In this document: positions 1 to 10,144 of the stretch, one piece after another
Position numbering within the stretch: position 1 is the stretch's first letter
Layout: every line of letters starts with the position of its first letter
Source of the DNA: a virus
Virus record (IMG/VR): IMGVR_UViG_3300030329_005540
Location: 21,676 to 85,675 of that record
Reading direction: 5' to 3' (one strand)
DNA: 64,000 bases
The notes under the pieces: model-generated
The model's input: only the letters and a program-made list of their open reading frames with translations
Databases searched by the model: none
What the model was told of the DNA's origin: nothing
Program-made: the position numbers and the translations under genes

Positions 1-1
1 T

Positions 2-2851
2 CAGCTAGCTACAACCAGAGACGTGAGAGCGTATGCTGGATATAAACAAAGCGGTACGCATTGGGATTCTAACGACCACAGGCCACCAGATTATACATTC
101 GCCGGGACAGGCAGAGTGTATGGAATATGCACTGGCTTTGATGCAAACGATACTACTAACAAGATAGCCCAGCATCAAGGATACGCCAACGCTTCTAAAT
201 ACATGTTTCTTGATCGCATGCCTGATTATTTAATGAACCATCATTATAGAGCATCTTGGGGTTACGGAAACGCTGACAGTATTTTAGATGCTAATAGATG
301 GAACGCATTTGTTTGGAGCGATTCTTTTTATACAAACAATGATCATTATATAGAAAGAGGATACGGCGCATGGAGAAAGAAGTATGACATCCCACAAACA
401 TGGCAAAGAACTTGGCCCGGATACTTAGGATATGGAGCAAGCTTAGATAAAAATTTTAGTTATATAGATATATTAACGGGATGCAGTGACGCCGCTGGCT
501 TAAGTTGCGTGGATGATAATCATAGCAAAAATCATGCTTGGAAAAATATTTTATTTGGTTGGCAGGTAGGATACAACACTGGAGAGGTTTACGATAAAAG
601 TATCTTGCGAGCAAGACATTTAATGATCAATAAGAGGCAAAGTGAAAGATACAGCTTCGCCACTTATAAAGACGTTATGGCGTTAACTAGCGATAGCGAA
701 GTCGAAAAAAGATTTTCAGAAATTCAAGATCATACTGAGACCTACGATTTTCTTCCTTATCCAGCGCAAAAAAATACTTCTTATGGCGTAGTGAATCCAA
801 CAGGAGGAGGTAGTTTAAAAGTCGATCCGAACTATTTAAATGACCCATTTAATAGAATTACGTCTACCGATTGGGTTTCCGTAGAAGACGTTAAGGCCAA
901 GGCTGAAGAGCTTGGGTTTTTATTCGAGTTTAGAAGATTGGCAGTTCCATTTAAATTACAACAATTTGATTTTACAGTTGGAGCCGCGAAGGGTCTTATA
1001 CGACCAAGTGGAATTGTCAACTATCAAAAAGATGACGGTGATGGTCGCATGCCTCTCAGCGGTCATCCTGACATCGCTACAACTCAAGGCAATGCAGGAC
1101 TAGACAACTCCTACTATTTTTATAGCGGCGTAAAAACCCCTGCTCATGCTGAAAGTACAGTTACAAAAAGAATTACCAAGCTATACCAACAATGGCCAGT
1201 GCCTAATGATTCAGCAAACACTTACAGAAACCCTTGGCCAATAGTTAATGGAGATTCAAAAGACACAGCCTTTGCCACGGCTAAACAGCATATAAACAAT
1301 ATCCGCAATGGTATTTATTGGGATAATTATTCAACATCTAATCCAGTTTATTGGATCGGAGGTTCAAATACATCTCACTTAGGAGGAGGAGGTCTGAGTA
1401 ATGATGACGACGGAACAAACGCTCAATCTATTTGGCCAGATTCAGAAACTTTTTGGTGTAGAGGCGCTGATTGTAATGCGTGTGTAGATTATCGAAATGT
1501 GTTTGGAGGAGATAATTACCAAGGAGGTGGTTGCGCTGACGGCGATAGCGATGACCTCGGAGATTGTTTCGAATGTACCGCAGCAGAAAAATTGGATGGC
1601 ACATGTATTGAATGTCCTAGATTTAGCGGGAAGTTATCTACTGACGACTACAAGCTATTAAAATTAGAAGGAGACGCTAATGATGGAGAATTTAGTTTCA
1701 CAACCACGGGCTATACTCCATTTGTTAGTTCTATGAAAACATTCATCTGGGCAGATAACAAAAGCGAAACAAATTGGGTTAAACCTGTAGGCTTGGGCAC
1801 TCGCCATATTTACAGATATAGAACAGATGATTTTTACGAACTATATAAAACTGATAGGGTGAAAGAACAGTTCGTACACCCAAATTCGAGCAATCCTTAC
1901 CGCGCCGAAACAGTAAGCTCTTGGCTTGGCAACTACATACATTTCCGCGATGAAAAACCGTGGCAAGGCAATAACACGATTAGTTCACCAATGAGCGGAT
2001 CAAGCTATGGAACTTCTTGGGGCAGCGGATTCGGAAGCGTTGTGATGCCGAATGCTCAAGCTATCGTAAATAGAGCCAAGCGTTCTGTATATCCTTGGGG
2101 GGCAAGCGACGGCTACAATGTAGACCATTATAAAATAGTTTGGCATTTGGGCTTATTGAATTATAGTACTCAACCATTGTTGCCCATTACAGTTGACAGC
2201 AATTCAGTTGAATATAAAGCGTGGATGTTGAACATTCAAGAAAGACTTTTCCCCAAGCATTATATTTTCCAAGACGCTTCTCATACAGGATGGGCTGGTA
2301 ACGGATCGCTACAATCAGGTCATGCTTCATTCGCTTATATAGAACCAGATGTTCAATACGGAGATTTTAATGTGTCTACGTTTACAGCCGAAAATGCGCC
2401 TACTTCCACTGGACAGTTCGTTTTCGAAAGCGGAATGATGACAAGCTCTCTTGACCTTTTTGATGGAACGGATGGAAATGAAACTGACGAAAGTTGGTTG
2501 GGGGTCAACAATTACCAAATAAGTGATGCGGATGGAGCCAGCAAATCTCCATTGTTATGGCAAGTTGGTCAAGGGATTTACGCTAGCGAACAGCAGACTT
2601 TTGTCAAAGACAACTCTGTGCCATCTATCTATACCGACTTTATGCCCAAGCAAGAACAGCATGTCAGCGGTGGTTGCTGGGGCAAAATAACAAATCAACA
2701 ATTCCTTGATTACCAAGGAACGCTTCAGGGCTACGACCCGCCGCGTGGAACAAAAATTGCATTACAATTTTATGTAAATAACACGCTTGATCGAACAGCA
2801 GGAGAGTTACGAGAAGCTGGTCCAGACACGCTAACTTGTTGGCAGCACTAG
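2..2851 (+). CDS. Large Gly/Asn/Asp/Tyr/Trp-rich protein, probably virion structural or tail-associated; 5'-truncated by the window
   Basis: Frame is open from base 2 (CAG CTA GCT ACA ACC AGA GAC GTG), so the true start lies upstream. Composition is typical of large phage tail/baseplate proteins. Contains an internal Cys cluster (WCRGADCNAC...GGCADG...DCFEC...TCIECP). Confidence 0.5.
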   Translation, partial: QLATTRDVRAYAGYKQSGTHWDSNDHRPPDYTFAGTGRVYGICTGFDANDTTNKIAQHQGYANASKYMFLDRMPDYLMNHHYRASWGYGNADSILDANRWNAFVWSDSFYTNNDHYIERGYGAWRKKYDIPQTWQRTWPGYLGYGASLDKNFSYIDILTGCSDAAGLSCVDDNHSKNHAWKNILFGWQVGYNTGEVYDKSILRARHLMINKRQSERYSFATYKDVMALTSDSEVEKRFSEIQDHTETYDFLPYPAQKNTSYGVVNPTGGGSLKVDPNYLNDPFNRITSTDWVSVEDVKAKAEELGFLFEFRRLAVPFKLQQFDFTVGAAKGLIRPSGIVNYQKDDGDGRMPLSGHPDIATTQGNAGLDNSYYFYSGVKTPAHAESTVTKRITKLYQQWPVPNDSANTYRNPWPIVNGDSKDTAFATAKQHINNIRNGIYWDNYSTSNPVYWIGGSNTSHLGGGGLSNDDDGTNAQSIWPDSETFWCRGADCNACVDYRNVFGGDNYQGGGCADGDSDDLGDCFECTAAEKLDGTCIECPRFSGKLSTDDYKLLKLEGDANDGEFSFTTTGYTPFVSSMKTFIWADNKSETNWVKPVGLGTRHIYRYRTDDFYELYKTDRVKEQFVHPNSSNPYRAETVSSWLGNYIHFRDEKPWQGNNTISSPMSGSSYGTSWGSGFGSVVMPNAQAIVNRAKRSVYPWGASDGYNVDHYKIVWHLGLLNYSTQPLLPITVDSNSVEYKAWMLNIQERLFPKHYIFQDASHTGWAGNGSLQSGHASFAYIEPDVQYGDFNVSTFTAENAPTSTGQFVFESGMMTSSLDLFDGTDGNETDESWLGVNNYQISDADGASKSPLLWQVGQGIYASEQQTFVKDNSVPSIYTDFMPKQEQHVSGGCWGKITNQQFLDYQGTLQGYDPPRGTKIALQFYVNNTLDRTAGELREAGPDTLTCWQH

Positions 2852-3555
2852 GCGCTTTTGATCCTGCCTATAAGCTCCAGCATCTTGGGCTTTGGAATAT
2901 CGTTAATGGATTCAAACGAATCGGCTTCTGGGAATTTTTCAGATATTAATTTATTTTTAATTCTGTCGAAAGAGAAACCTTTCTCTCTCATAACCGTTTG
3001 AAGCGTAGAGACAGGGCTAGCCGCGCTTGTCTCGACGGGTGCTTCAGCCAGTTTAGAGTTACCCATTTCTTCTTTAGAAACGATATTAATTTTAAGAAAA
3101 TTACGAACACAACGAACAAAAGCTCTATTCTCAGCAATTGGCCCAAGAAAATGTTTGGCAAAATTGTGAGTATTGTGTGGCGCTGCGTCTCCGATTGCAG
3201 AGAAGGTGACTTCTCGACCTTCGGTTTCGAAATTAGGTATCCATTTTATACTGCAAGTTGCGACGACGTATTCTGGGTGAGGAGACACGACGTTATAAGT
3301 TACGTCAGTATAACCACGGATTTGAGCGAGTTCTTTAATACCTCCGAGTAAAATCAAAAGATCATAATCGGACAATTTAGTTACGTCTGTTTCGCTTGTG
3401 CGGTCTTTATTCGGCACAAGATATTCTGTTTTGACCATTTTTCTCCAATCAACAAATCCATCTTCATTGAAGATATAATTTACATTGGAATCAACGATCA
3501 GTCCGTGTGTGTCTCGTTTAACAGTGCGGACTTTAGTGGTAGCTTTCCTAGGCAT
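2848..3555 (-). CDS. Putative Rad52-superfamily ssDNA annealing protein
   Basis: Pattern LGGIKELA..RG...VVATCSI...FSAIGDA...IAENRAFVRCVRNFLKI resembles Rad52/Sak-like folds; has its own promoter and lies at the end of the replication arm. Confidence 0.5.
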   Translation of the reverse strand: MPRKATTKVRTVKRDTHGLIVDSNVNYIFNEDGFVDWRKMVKTEYLVPNKDRTSETDVTKLSDYDLLILLGGIKELAQIRGYTDVTYNVVSPHPEYVVATCSIKWIPNFETEGREVTFSAIGDAAPHNTHNFAKHFLGPIAENRAFVRCVRNFLKINIVSKEEMGNSKLAEAPVETSAASPVSTLQTVMREKGFSFDRIKNKLISEKFPEADSFESINDIPKPKMLELIGRIKSA

Positions 3556-3561
3556 ATGAAT

Positions 3562-3590
3562 ATACTAACACGAGCTTTAAGGATTGTCAA
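3562..3590 (-). promoter_or_regulatory. Class 1 promoter TTGACA-atcctTAAAGCtcgtgt-TAGTAT
   Basis: 17 bp spacer with TAAAGC at spacer positions 6-11; ATG 6 nt after the -10. Confidence 0.8.
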
Positions 3591-4774
3591 CCCTCTTTTT
3601 TGGTTAAGATGCAGTAATTATCAAAATCATCCCAAAAGTCGTCACAATCCAGAACAGGCGCTACTTTTTTCTCAAAAGAATTCACGGGCAAGTCCCTCTT
3701 CCAAGAAGCTTTATCGTGAAAGACTTTACCCTGACTCAAAATAAACTTATTTGATTTAAAAAATAACTTTTTATCTTTTAATTTATTATCTTTATCTATC
3801 TTGTCTTTGGTAATCTGCTCTCTATGTACAATTACCCCGTAATCCATATAATTTCTTTTGTGCTTTGCGATTTGGTCTTCGGGTAATTCGCTGACAAGCG
3901 TGTACTGAATCGCGCTGCTCATTAAAAATTTAATAAAATTAGGTTCATTATCTTCTTTAATTAGATATACTATTTGATTAATATTCTGTTTAAGCTGAGA
4001 TAATATATTAGGATTAATTGGCTTGTCAGTAACGACATTAGATTTCATTACAGATAAATTTTCTGCCATACCTTGTTCATTAAAAAGGTAATCCATTCTA
4101 ATTGAAATATTATTCGGCGGCTGGATTCCATAATGTTGAATTGAAACATCAGGTACGATGTTCATCATTCCAAATGGATATGCCGCGCCAATATACTCAT
4201 AATTATACGGAGAGGTGAAATCGATACCCAACTGCTTACACACTGCCTCGGCCACTTTATCAGGCATGATAGTGTTTATTGTTTTAGGGTTTTCGTTTCT
4301 AGAATAAGAAGGCTTGTTCCCCTTTAGGTCAGCCATTAAATTAACACATTTGGAGTCCTCGCTCCAGTACGGGCCAGATTGGTTCGGGAGCGAGTTAGAG
4401 AACAGAGCCACGGTTGGAGTACCGTTTTTCGACGCAATATCCATTGTCATATCATCCACAGACAAATGGAGCTTGCTTTGCGATAATATGTAAGCTATTT
4501 GATTGGCTGATGTTTGTCCCAGAGTTAGATAGCAGCCGCGCAAAGGCGCATCGTCTTTATGGCCGACCTGCAAGATGCCGATCCCGTGAGAAGACAATAT
4601 CGGCACGAGCAAATCAACAACCTCTTGCCAATAATCATATTTTTTAGATTCGGGAGAATTGACCGCTAATAAAGTAATATAATTATCAATAGCTATCGGA
4701 AAGAACTTTTCGTAAATGAAAGGTTCTGATATTTTTGCTCCACAGCTTGTGGCGTATGATTCTACGATATGCAT
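3587..4774 (-). CDS. GT9/heptosyltransferase-like glycosyltransferase
   Basis: KKYDYWQEVV...ILQVG...LGQTSANQIAYILSQSKLHLSVDD...GTPTVALFS matches the GT9 C-terminal domain pattern. Confidence 0.6.
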   Translation of the reverse strand: MHIVESYATSCGAKISEPFIYEKFFPIAIDNYITLLAVNSPESKKYDYWQEVVDLLVPILSSHGIGILQVGHKDDAPLRGCYLTLGQTSANQIAYILSQSKLHLSVDDMTMDIASKNGTPTVALFSNSLPNQSGPYWSEDSKCVNLMADLKGNKPSYSRNENPKTINTIMPDKVAEAVCKQLGIDFTSPYNYEYIGAAYPFGMMNIVPDVSIQHYGIQPPNNISIRMDYLFNEQGMAENLSVMKSNVVTDKPINPNILSQLKQNINQIVYLIKEDNEPNFIKFLMSSAIQYTLVSELPEDQIAKHKRNYMDYGVIVHREQITKDKIDKDNKLKDKKLFFKSNKFILSQGKVFHDKASWKRDLPVNSFEKKVAPVLDCDDFWDDFDNYCILTKKEG

Positions 4775-6684
4775 TACAAATTAAGTTCGTAAGTTATGTT
4801 GTCTTTCCCGTTATGTAGATAGTCGATAAATCTTTGCGTTCTACCGAAAGGCAGTAGAGCTATCTCGAAAAAGCCTTTGTGCTCTGCGTTGCCTTCTAGC
4901 CAAGCCCAATCCTCCATTTGGGGAACGTAAGGAACTACTTTATGTATATGTTCATTACCATCTAAAATCTCCGCATTCTCCTGTTTGGTAGACACGTATA
5001 AATTATAATCAGGGTATTGATTTTTAAGTGATTTAAATATACTTGTAGATAAAAAGACATCACGCGGGCCATCTGGCATAACGTAGATCATTCTTTTACC
5101 TTCGTCATCTTCATCTAGAAACTTTGTAAATTCTACTTTTTCGTTTTCTGCATTTTCTTTTTGCGCGACCTGCCTGAAATATTTTTCGATGTCAGGGCGG
5201 CTCATGCCTCTGGCGATTTCATGCATCCAATACCTGTGACCGTCATCCTTTTCGTCAACTTCTGGACGCATTAAAATATTATGATAAAGAGCTTTGATCC
5301 ATTCTGAGTCATCTTCGATTTCCGGGATTTCCGCTTGGGGATTTTTCTTAACTTCCTCAAGAGAAAAGTCGTATTCGGTAAATGGAGCTTCGTCAATAAA
5401 CTTTTCTATGAATCCGCCGACATGCGCTGGGGAGAAATTGTCTATCGCCCATTTACGAGCTTGCTTGCCCATCTTTTGCCTCTTGTCGGGCTTCATCTTA
5501 AACACTTTGCCCAACTGCTTGCTAATCGATAACGGACTCGTGGAAGCTTTAATAAACTCTGTACCGTGCTCGCGATATTCAGACCAAGCCAACGGCAAAG
5601 ACTCTGCTCCGTCCTGACACATTTCTTCACCGCAGCTATAATCAGTCACAAGAGTAATCAACTCTGTAAGCTTCGCTTCTTGAATGGGGATTTCTTGACC
5701 GCCAGAGGTGAACGGGTGGCAGTAGACATCCATTAAATTATATACTTCATTAAGCTGCTCTTCAGAAACGCCCTCAGAAACGTTTGTAGTGGTGCAGGAA
5801 TCCTTCGCTCCGCAGTGTCCACATTGAGTATTCAATCCGTGAAAATGCTGAACAGCATAGTTCCAACACTTTCTGCAAACGTATGTAGTGATGATGTCCT
5901 GATGAGAGACTTTATACTCATCAGCCAACTTCATGATGTTCCAGCCTTCGCCAAAATGCGTATGAAGAAGAAGCTTGGAATTAGAATTGGGATTATTGTT
6001 TTGAAATTTTTTAAAGCCCTCTATTAAATTGGGTACGGATTTCCTGAGTTGGTTTCTGAAAACGAATCCTACAATAAAAGTGTCTTCCGTTATTCCAAAC
6101 TTTTGTCTAAGTTGCTTTTTAATCTGGGACGGTAATTTGTAAAAGTTCTCCCCGTCAACTGCTCCGTGCAAAGTCTTGATATGCTCGTGACCCATTTCGT
6201 TAAGAGCCTTTGTGGCGAAATCAGACCATATCCAATAATTATCTACCTTGGGTGCGACTTGCACTGCCGCTGGCAAGATAGGCAAAGAATCAAGCGTTGT
6301 CCACAGAGCCGAGGCGACATGTTTAAACCACTTTTTTTCAACTGCAAAGTCAATCCCCCAAATGTCTTGCACCGCAATGTAAACATCAGGTTTGACCTCT
6401 TGAATAACCTTGTCTAAATTATGCGCTCCATAACTAGCTAATCGACCAACGTGGGGATCGCGGCCAAGCTCTTTTTGTTCTTGCTCGCTGTCAGGGAGAG
6501 TGCCATAGCCCTTCCAAGGCGTCCTCTGAAGCTGCGGGCTTGACCAAGGGATACCGCAGCAATAATGCACAATATCGTATTTTCCAGTATCGTATAAATA
6601 ACTCAAAACGGCTTTGGCATTTCGACCAAAGCCTGTCTTGGCTAAAGCGTAATCGCTTTGAAAAAGAAGTTTCTTTTTTCTCAT
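4774..6684 (-). CDS. GT4 (GT-B) glycosyltransferase with Zn-ribbon insert and C-terminal GT9-N-like domain
   Basis: TGFGR N-terminus, FVFRNQLRK, YNLMDVYCHPFTSGGQEIPIQEA; CxxC..CxxC insert; tail PDGPRDVFLSTSIFKSLK.QYPD. Confidence 0.7.
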   Translation of the reverse strand: MRKKKLLFQSDYALAKTGFGRNAKAVLSYLYDTGKYDIVHYCCGIPWSSPQLQRTPWKGYGTLPDSEQEQKELGRDPHVGRLASYGAHNLDKVIQEVKPDVYIAVQDIWGIDFAVEKKWFKHVASALWTTLDSLPILPAAVQVAPKVDNYWIWSDFATKALNEMGHEHIKTLHGAVDGENFYKLPSQIKKQLRQKFGITEDTFIVGFVFRNQLRKSVPNLIEGFKKFQNNNPNSNSKLLLHTHFGEGWNIMKLADEYKVSHQDIITTYVCRKCWNYAVQHFHGLNTQCGHCGAKDSCTTTNVSEGVSEEQLNEVYNLMDVYCHPFTSGGQEIPIQEAKLTELITLVTDYSCGEEMCQDGAESLPLAWSEYREHGTEFIKASTSPLSISKQLGKVFKMKPDKRQKMGKQARKWAIDNFSPAHVGGFIEKFIDEAPFTEYDFSLEEVKKNPQAEIPEIEDDSEWIKALYHNILMRPEVDEKDDGHRYWMHEIARGMSRPDIEKYFRQVAQKENAENEKVEFTKFLDEDDEGKRMIYVMPDGPRDVFLSTSIFKSLKNQYPDYNLYVSTKQENAEILDGNEHIHKVVPYVPQMEDWAWLEGNAEHKGFFEIALLPFGRTQRFIDYLHNGKDNITYELNL

Positions 6685-7245
6685 TTACCAGACATCCTCA
6701 TCTGAAAATTCTTCACTTTCAGTTTGAGGAGCCAGCATACTTTCTTGGGTTTCCTCAACTCTATTATATTGTACTCCTTGAGCAGACCCCTTCTCAAAAG
6801 TTTTTTGCATTACTCCGCAAAGAAATTCTTTAAGGAGTCTACCGGCGGCATAATCCAGCCCGATATAAAAATTAATTTTATTAACCGAGTCATCTAAGAA
6901 CTCTTTTTGGATACCGTAAGAGTACCCCATGCGTTTTTCGCCCATTACCCACGGCTCGAATTTCATGCGGGTAATCTGTTTAGAGCTTTTGTGGTATCCG
7001 TCCCATCTAGCGCTTCGCTCCATAGCATCCACGATGCCAGCGGCCTCCTCGGCGCTTAGTTTGATTGTGACAGAGCCCTTGGGGTTTCCTTTATTGGCTT
7101 TAAACGCGCCTTTACCCGAAGGGCCAGACTGCTTGATGATGGTAGACATCAAGAAAAAGTCGCCAGTGTCCTTGTCGTATTGCCCGTAAAACGAGCAAGC
7201 GGAGCCAGTTTGTTTATTATTTGGCTTGTAGAATTGTAAGTTCAT
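6685..7245 (-). CDS. Hypothetical protein, possibly ssDNA-binding (Whirly/PC4-like) with acidic tail
   Basis: Two beta-rich repeats each followed by a helix; SSB-like acidic tail ESEEFSDEDVW; adjacent to dnaE. Confidence 0.35.
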   Translation of the reverse strand: MNLQFYKPNNKQTGSACSFYGQYDKDTGDFFLMSTIIKQSGPSGKGAFKANKGNPKGSVTIKLSAEEAAGIVDAMERSARWDGYHKSSKQITRMKFEPWVMGEKRMGYSYGIQKEFLDDSVNKINFYIGLDYAAGRLLKEFLCGVMQKTFEKGSAQGVQYNRVEETQESMLAPQTESEEFSDEDVW

Positions 7246-7251
7246 GATCTA

Positions 7252-7280
7252 ATGATAATATAAGCTTTATAATTTGTCAA
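7252..7280 (-). promoter_or_regulatory. Class 1 promoter TTGACA-aattaTAAAGCttatat-TATCAT
   Basis: 17 bp spacer with fixed TAAAGC; ATG 6 nt after the -10. Confidence 0.8.
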
Positions 7281-7283
7281 GTG

Positions 7284-9863
7284 TTAATTAGAGGTTTTTT
7301 CGCTCTTCGTTAGGTCTGCGAGACGGGTATATACGGTATTATCTTGTATGCCTATTGCGTCTGCAAAAACAACGTCATCCATTTTTCTACCTCTGACGAT
7401 AACGATTTGCCCTTCCTTTGGGAAGCCGTTATTCATTTCTCTGCACTCTTCCATCTTTCCGGAGAAAATCATCACTTTAATTGATTGGGTTTCATCTCCC
7501 ACAAAGAGTTTTAGATATGGTGTTTTCTTGGGCGGTCTGGATACGCCTTGGTAGGGCTTATCCTCGACTTGGCCAATAAATGTGACGTTACTGCCTTCTG
7601 GAGTTTCTACTACATCTCGCACATTAGTCAAGTCTCTGCCCTGTCTAGAAAAAATGTCAATTAAAGACACATTATAAGTATATCCTAACAAATGTTTTTC
7701 ATAATACCAATTTGCAAATCGTTCAGACTTCTTATTAATATCATAAATTTCTTTGTATCTCTGACACTTTTTACGGATAGTCGCTACGCGAGTATCTTTG
7801 ATTAGCGGTTTACCCTTGGAGTCGCTGGATTCCTTGAGGTTTTTAACTACTCTAACCAAATCATATTCATGCTCATGTGCAATTGGAATCGCCATCTTCT
7901 TTTCGCGGGGCGTCAAGATGCTCCAAAGCTGTGCTTCGTAAACTACCTTGGTACGAGACTGCTTGAATCCTTCCAACGCGCCAGCTTGAATCAGTGGGCA
8001 TAGCGTGGACAATCCAATACCCGCTTCCTCGGCAGCTTGAAAGATTTCAAATTTATTTTCGTATTCCTTTTTGAACGAATTTAACTTACTCATTGACTTG
8101 TCAGAAATTCCTTTAATGGACAACAAGCCAAATCGAATGTTATTACCTTCAATTGAAAAATCCATTTTAGATTTGATCAAGTGAGGCTGCAATAATTTAA
8201 TATCAAAATATTGAAGCTCTTTATGAATTTTGGAAATTTCATTAATCGGATCAGGCTCGTGCCTCGTCATCTTGAGAAGACTCAAAAAGAATTCCTTGGG
8301 ATGTTTGAACTTGAGATAAATCGTGGTCGCGGCTAAAGCTGCGTATGCGATGGAGTGAGATTTATTGAACGAATAGTTAGCTGAATCTTCCAAGACTTTC
8401 CATAGAATGTCTGAGATTTCGGGTTCGAGTTTACTCTCCTTAACCTTTTCGCTGATTTTCTTTTTCCATTTCCTAACTTCGGAAACTTTTTTCTTGCCGA
8501 CGATCCGCCTGAGAATCTCTGCTTCGTCAAGAGTAAACCCGATCTTATGAGCCATCTGCATCATTTGCTCTTGATACAAGGCTACTCCTCCTGTCGAAGA
8601 CAAAATATCATCGAAGAAGGGGTGAATTGACTGCTGGGTTCCAGTATTCGCATAGTTAGCGTACTGGTCAACGAAGGCCAACGCTCCGGGTCTCGCCAAT
8701 GCAAGAACCGCACTCAACTCTTCTAAATTTTTAGGTTTAACCTTTTGACAAACGTGGAAATTGGTATCTGCTTCAATTTGAAACAACCCGTGTGGAGTTC
8801 TTAAATTCTGAAGCTCCCTGTAAATGAAGGGGTCATTGAGGTCAATATCATCGATATTAATCCCAATGGTTTTACATGCGTCATCAACCACCGAAACGCT
8901 TCTCAAACCGAGGATATCGAGCTTGACATTAAACTCGGAAATCCAGTTCATGTCGTAAGATGCTACGCTGCCTTTTTTGTCAGAGGTAAGCTCTGTTGGG
9001 CAGCTATCCTTCATCATGTCATACGAAATAGACACTGCGGATGGGTGAACCCCTTTGTTTTTAATCAGCCCTCTGAGCTTTAGCGCGATATTGTAAACGT
9101 CACTGTTGTCATCACACCACTCTCTAAACTCATCTACTTCTTCGTATGAGGATTCAAGACTTTTAACTTGACCAAAGACTTTGGGAATCAGCGCAGATAC
9201 ATTGTTCATATCTGCATCGCTGTGGTCTGCTACGATTTTACCGCACTCTTTCATCAAGAGCTTGGTACTCAAGGTGTTGAAGGTTAAAATCTTGCTGGTC
9301 TTGCCGTCGAATTTGCTTTCAAGATATTCGATTACCTTTTGTCGGTTATAGTAACAAATATCTAAATCAACGTCACACATAAGCGAGCCGTCAAGATATG
9401 TTACGCCATCGACAACCTTTTTCTTGGCGCGAATCTTCGAAACGAACCTTTCAAAATACAGCCCATATTTCACTGGATCGATTCTAGTAACGCCGACGAA
9501 ATACAAAACCAAACTACCTGCGGCAGAGCCACGCCCAAGACCCGTGGGAATATCATTCTTCTTACAGTAGTTGACGACATCCCATACAAGAAGCACGTAA
9601 TCAATGAAGCCTAACTCTTTTAGAGTATCTAGCTCGTACTTGACTCGCGAAACGTACTCGTCATACTCTTCAGTACCTTTTTTGAGATTGATTTTTTTAA
9701 ACCCATTAAGACAAAGGGCTCTGAGGAAATCGTAGTTGTTTATATCTTCGCTGACTTTAGCGCGATGCTTTTCTTCAGCGGGGATTTCAAACGAGGGCAA
9801 GCGAACACCGTGTAGGTCTAGCTTGACTCCTTTAAAATTATCTTGAAAGTTGGCTGCGCTCAA
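7284..9863 (-). CDS. dnaE: DNA polymerase III alpha catalytic core lacking the PHP domain
   Basis: GLGRGSAAGSLV, LYFERFV, DVDLD, KLDILGL, LFQIE, ALARPG, YQEQMM, YSFNKSH, C-terminal OB fold. Probable TTG start at 9863, just after the upstream stop. Confidence 0.95.
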   Translation of the reverse strand: MSAANFQDNFKGVKLDLHGVRLPSFEIPAEEKHRAKVSEDINNYDFLRALCLNGFKKINLKKGTEEYDEYVSRVKYELDTLKELGFIDYVLLVWDVVNYCKKNDIPTGLGRGSAAGSLVLYFVGVTRIDPVKYGLYFERFVSKIRAKKKVVDGVTYLDGSLMCDVDLDICYYNRQKVIEYLESKFDGKTSKILTFNTLSTKLLMKECGKIVADHSDADMNNVSALIPKVFGQVKSLESSYEEVDEFREWCDDNSDVYNIALKLRGLIKNKGVHPSAVSISYDMMKDSCPTELTSDKKGSVASYDMNWISEFNVKLDILGLRSVSVVDDACKTIGINIDDIDLNDPFIYRELQNLRTPHGLFQIEADTNFHVCQKVKPKNLEELSAVLALARPGALAFVDQYANYANTGTQQSIHPFFDDILSSTGGVALYQEQMMQMAHKIGFTLDEAEILRRIVGKKKVSEVRKWKKKISEKVKESKLEPEISDILWKVLEDSANYSFNKSHSIAYAALAATTIYLKFKHPKEFFLSLLKMTRHEPDPINEISKIHKELQYFDIKLLQPHLIKSKMDFSIEGNNIRFGLLSIKGISDKSMSKLNSFKKEYENKFEIFQAAEEAGIGLSTLCPLIQAGALEGFKQSRTKVVYEAQLWSILTPREKKMAIPIAHEHEYDLVRVVKNLKESSDSKGKPLIKDTRVATIRKKCQRYKEIYDINKKSERFANWYYEKHLLGYTYNVSLIDIFSRQGRDLTNVRDVVETPEGSNVTFIGQVEDKPYQGVSRPPKKTPYLKLFVGDETQSIKVMIFSGKMEECREMNNGFPKEGQIVIVRGRKMDDVVFADAIGIQDNTVYTRLADLTKSEKTSN

Positions 9864-9864
9864 A

Positions 9865-10107
9865 TTACCGACGACGTTTTTTGTTTTTCGACGTGGACTT
9901 TTTCGCGGGTTGGATACTTTTAAACTCATTATCATCCATTTCAGTTAAGGCTTCATTTACATACTCTATAGAATCTTCATCTTGAAATTTATAAAAGATA
10001 TCAGCCTTTTTTTCACTTCTATCGTGTCGTAAAGTAATCAGAAAATAGTCAACTTCCTTCTCTTCCAATTCTTTAATTAAATCTAAAATTTTATCTAATC
10101 TTTCCAC
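9865..10107 (-). CDS. Small hypothetical protein
   Basis: 80 aa ORF directly downstream of a class 1 promoter and coupled to dnaE. Confidence 0.6.
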   Translation of the reverse strand: MERLDKILDLIKELEEKEVDYFLITLRHDRSEKKADIFYKFQDEDSIEYVNEALTEMDDNEFKSIQPAKKSTSKNKKRRR

Positions 10108-10113
10108 GGTTTT

Positions 10114-10142
10114 AATTTAGCATGCGCTTTGATTGTTGTCAA
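10114..10142 (-). promoter_or_regulatory. Class 1 promoter TTGACA-acaatCAAAGCgcatgc-TAAATT
   Basis: 17 bp spacer with AAAGC at positions 7-11; GTG 6 nt after the -10. Confidence 0.75.
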
Positions 10143-10144
10143 GA

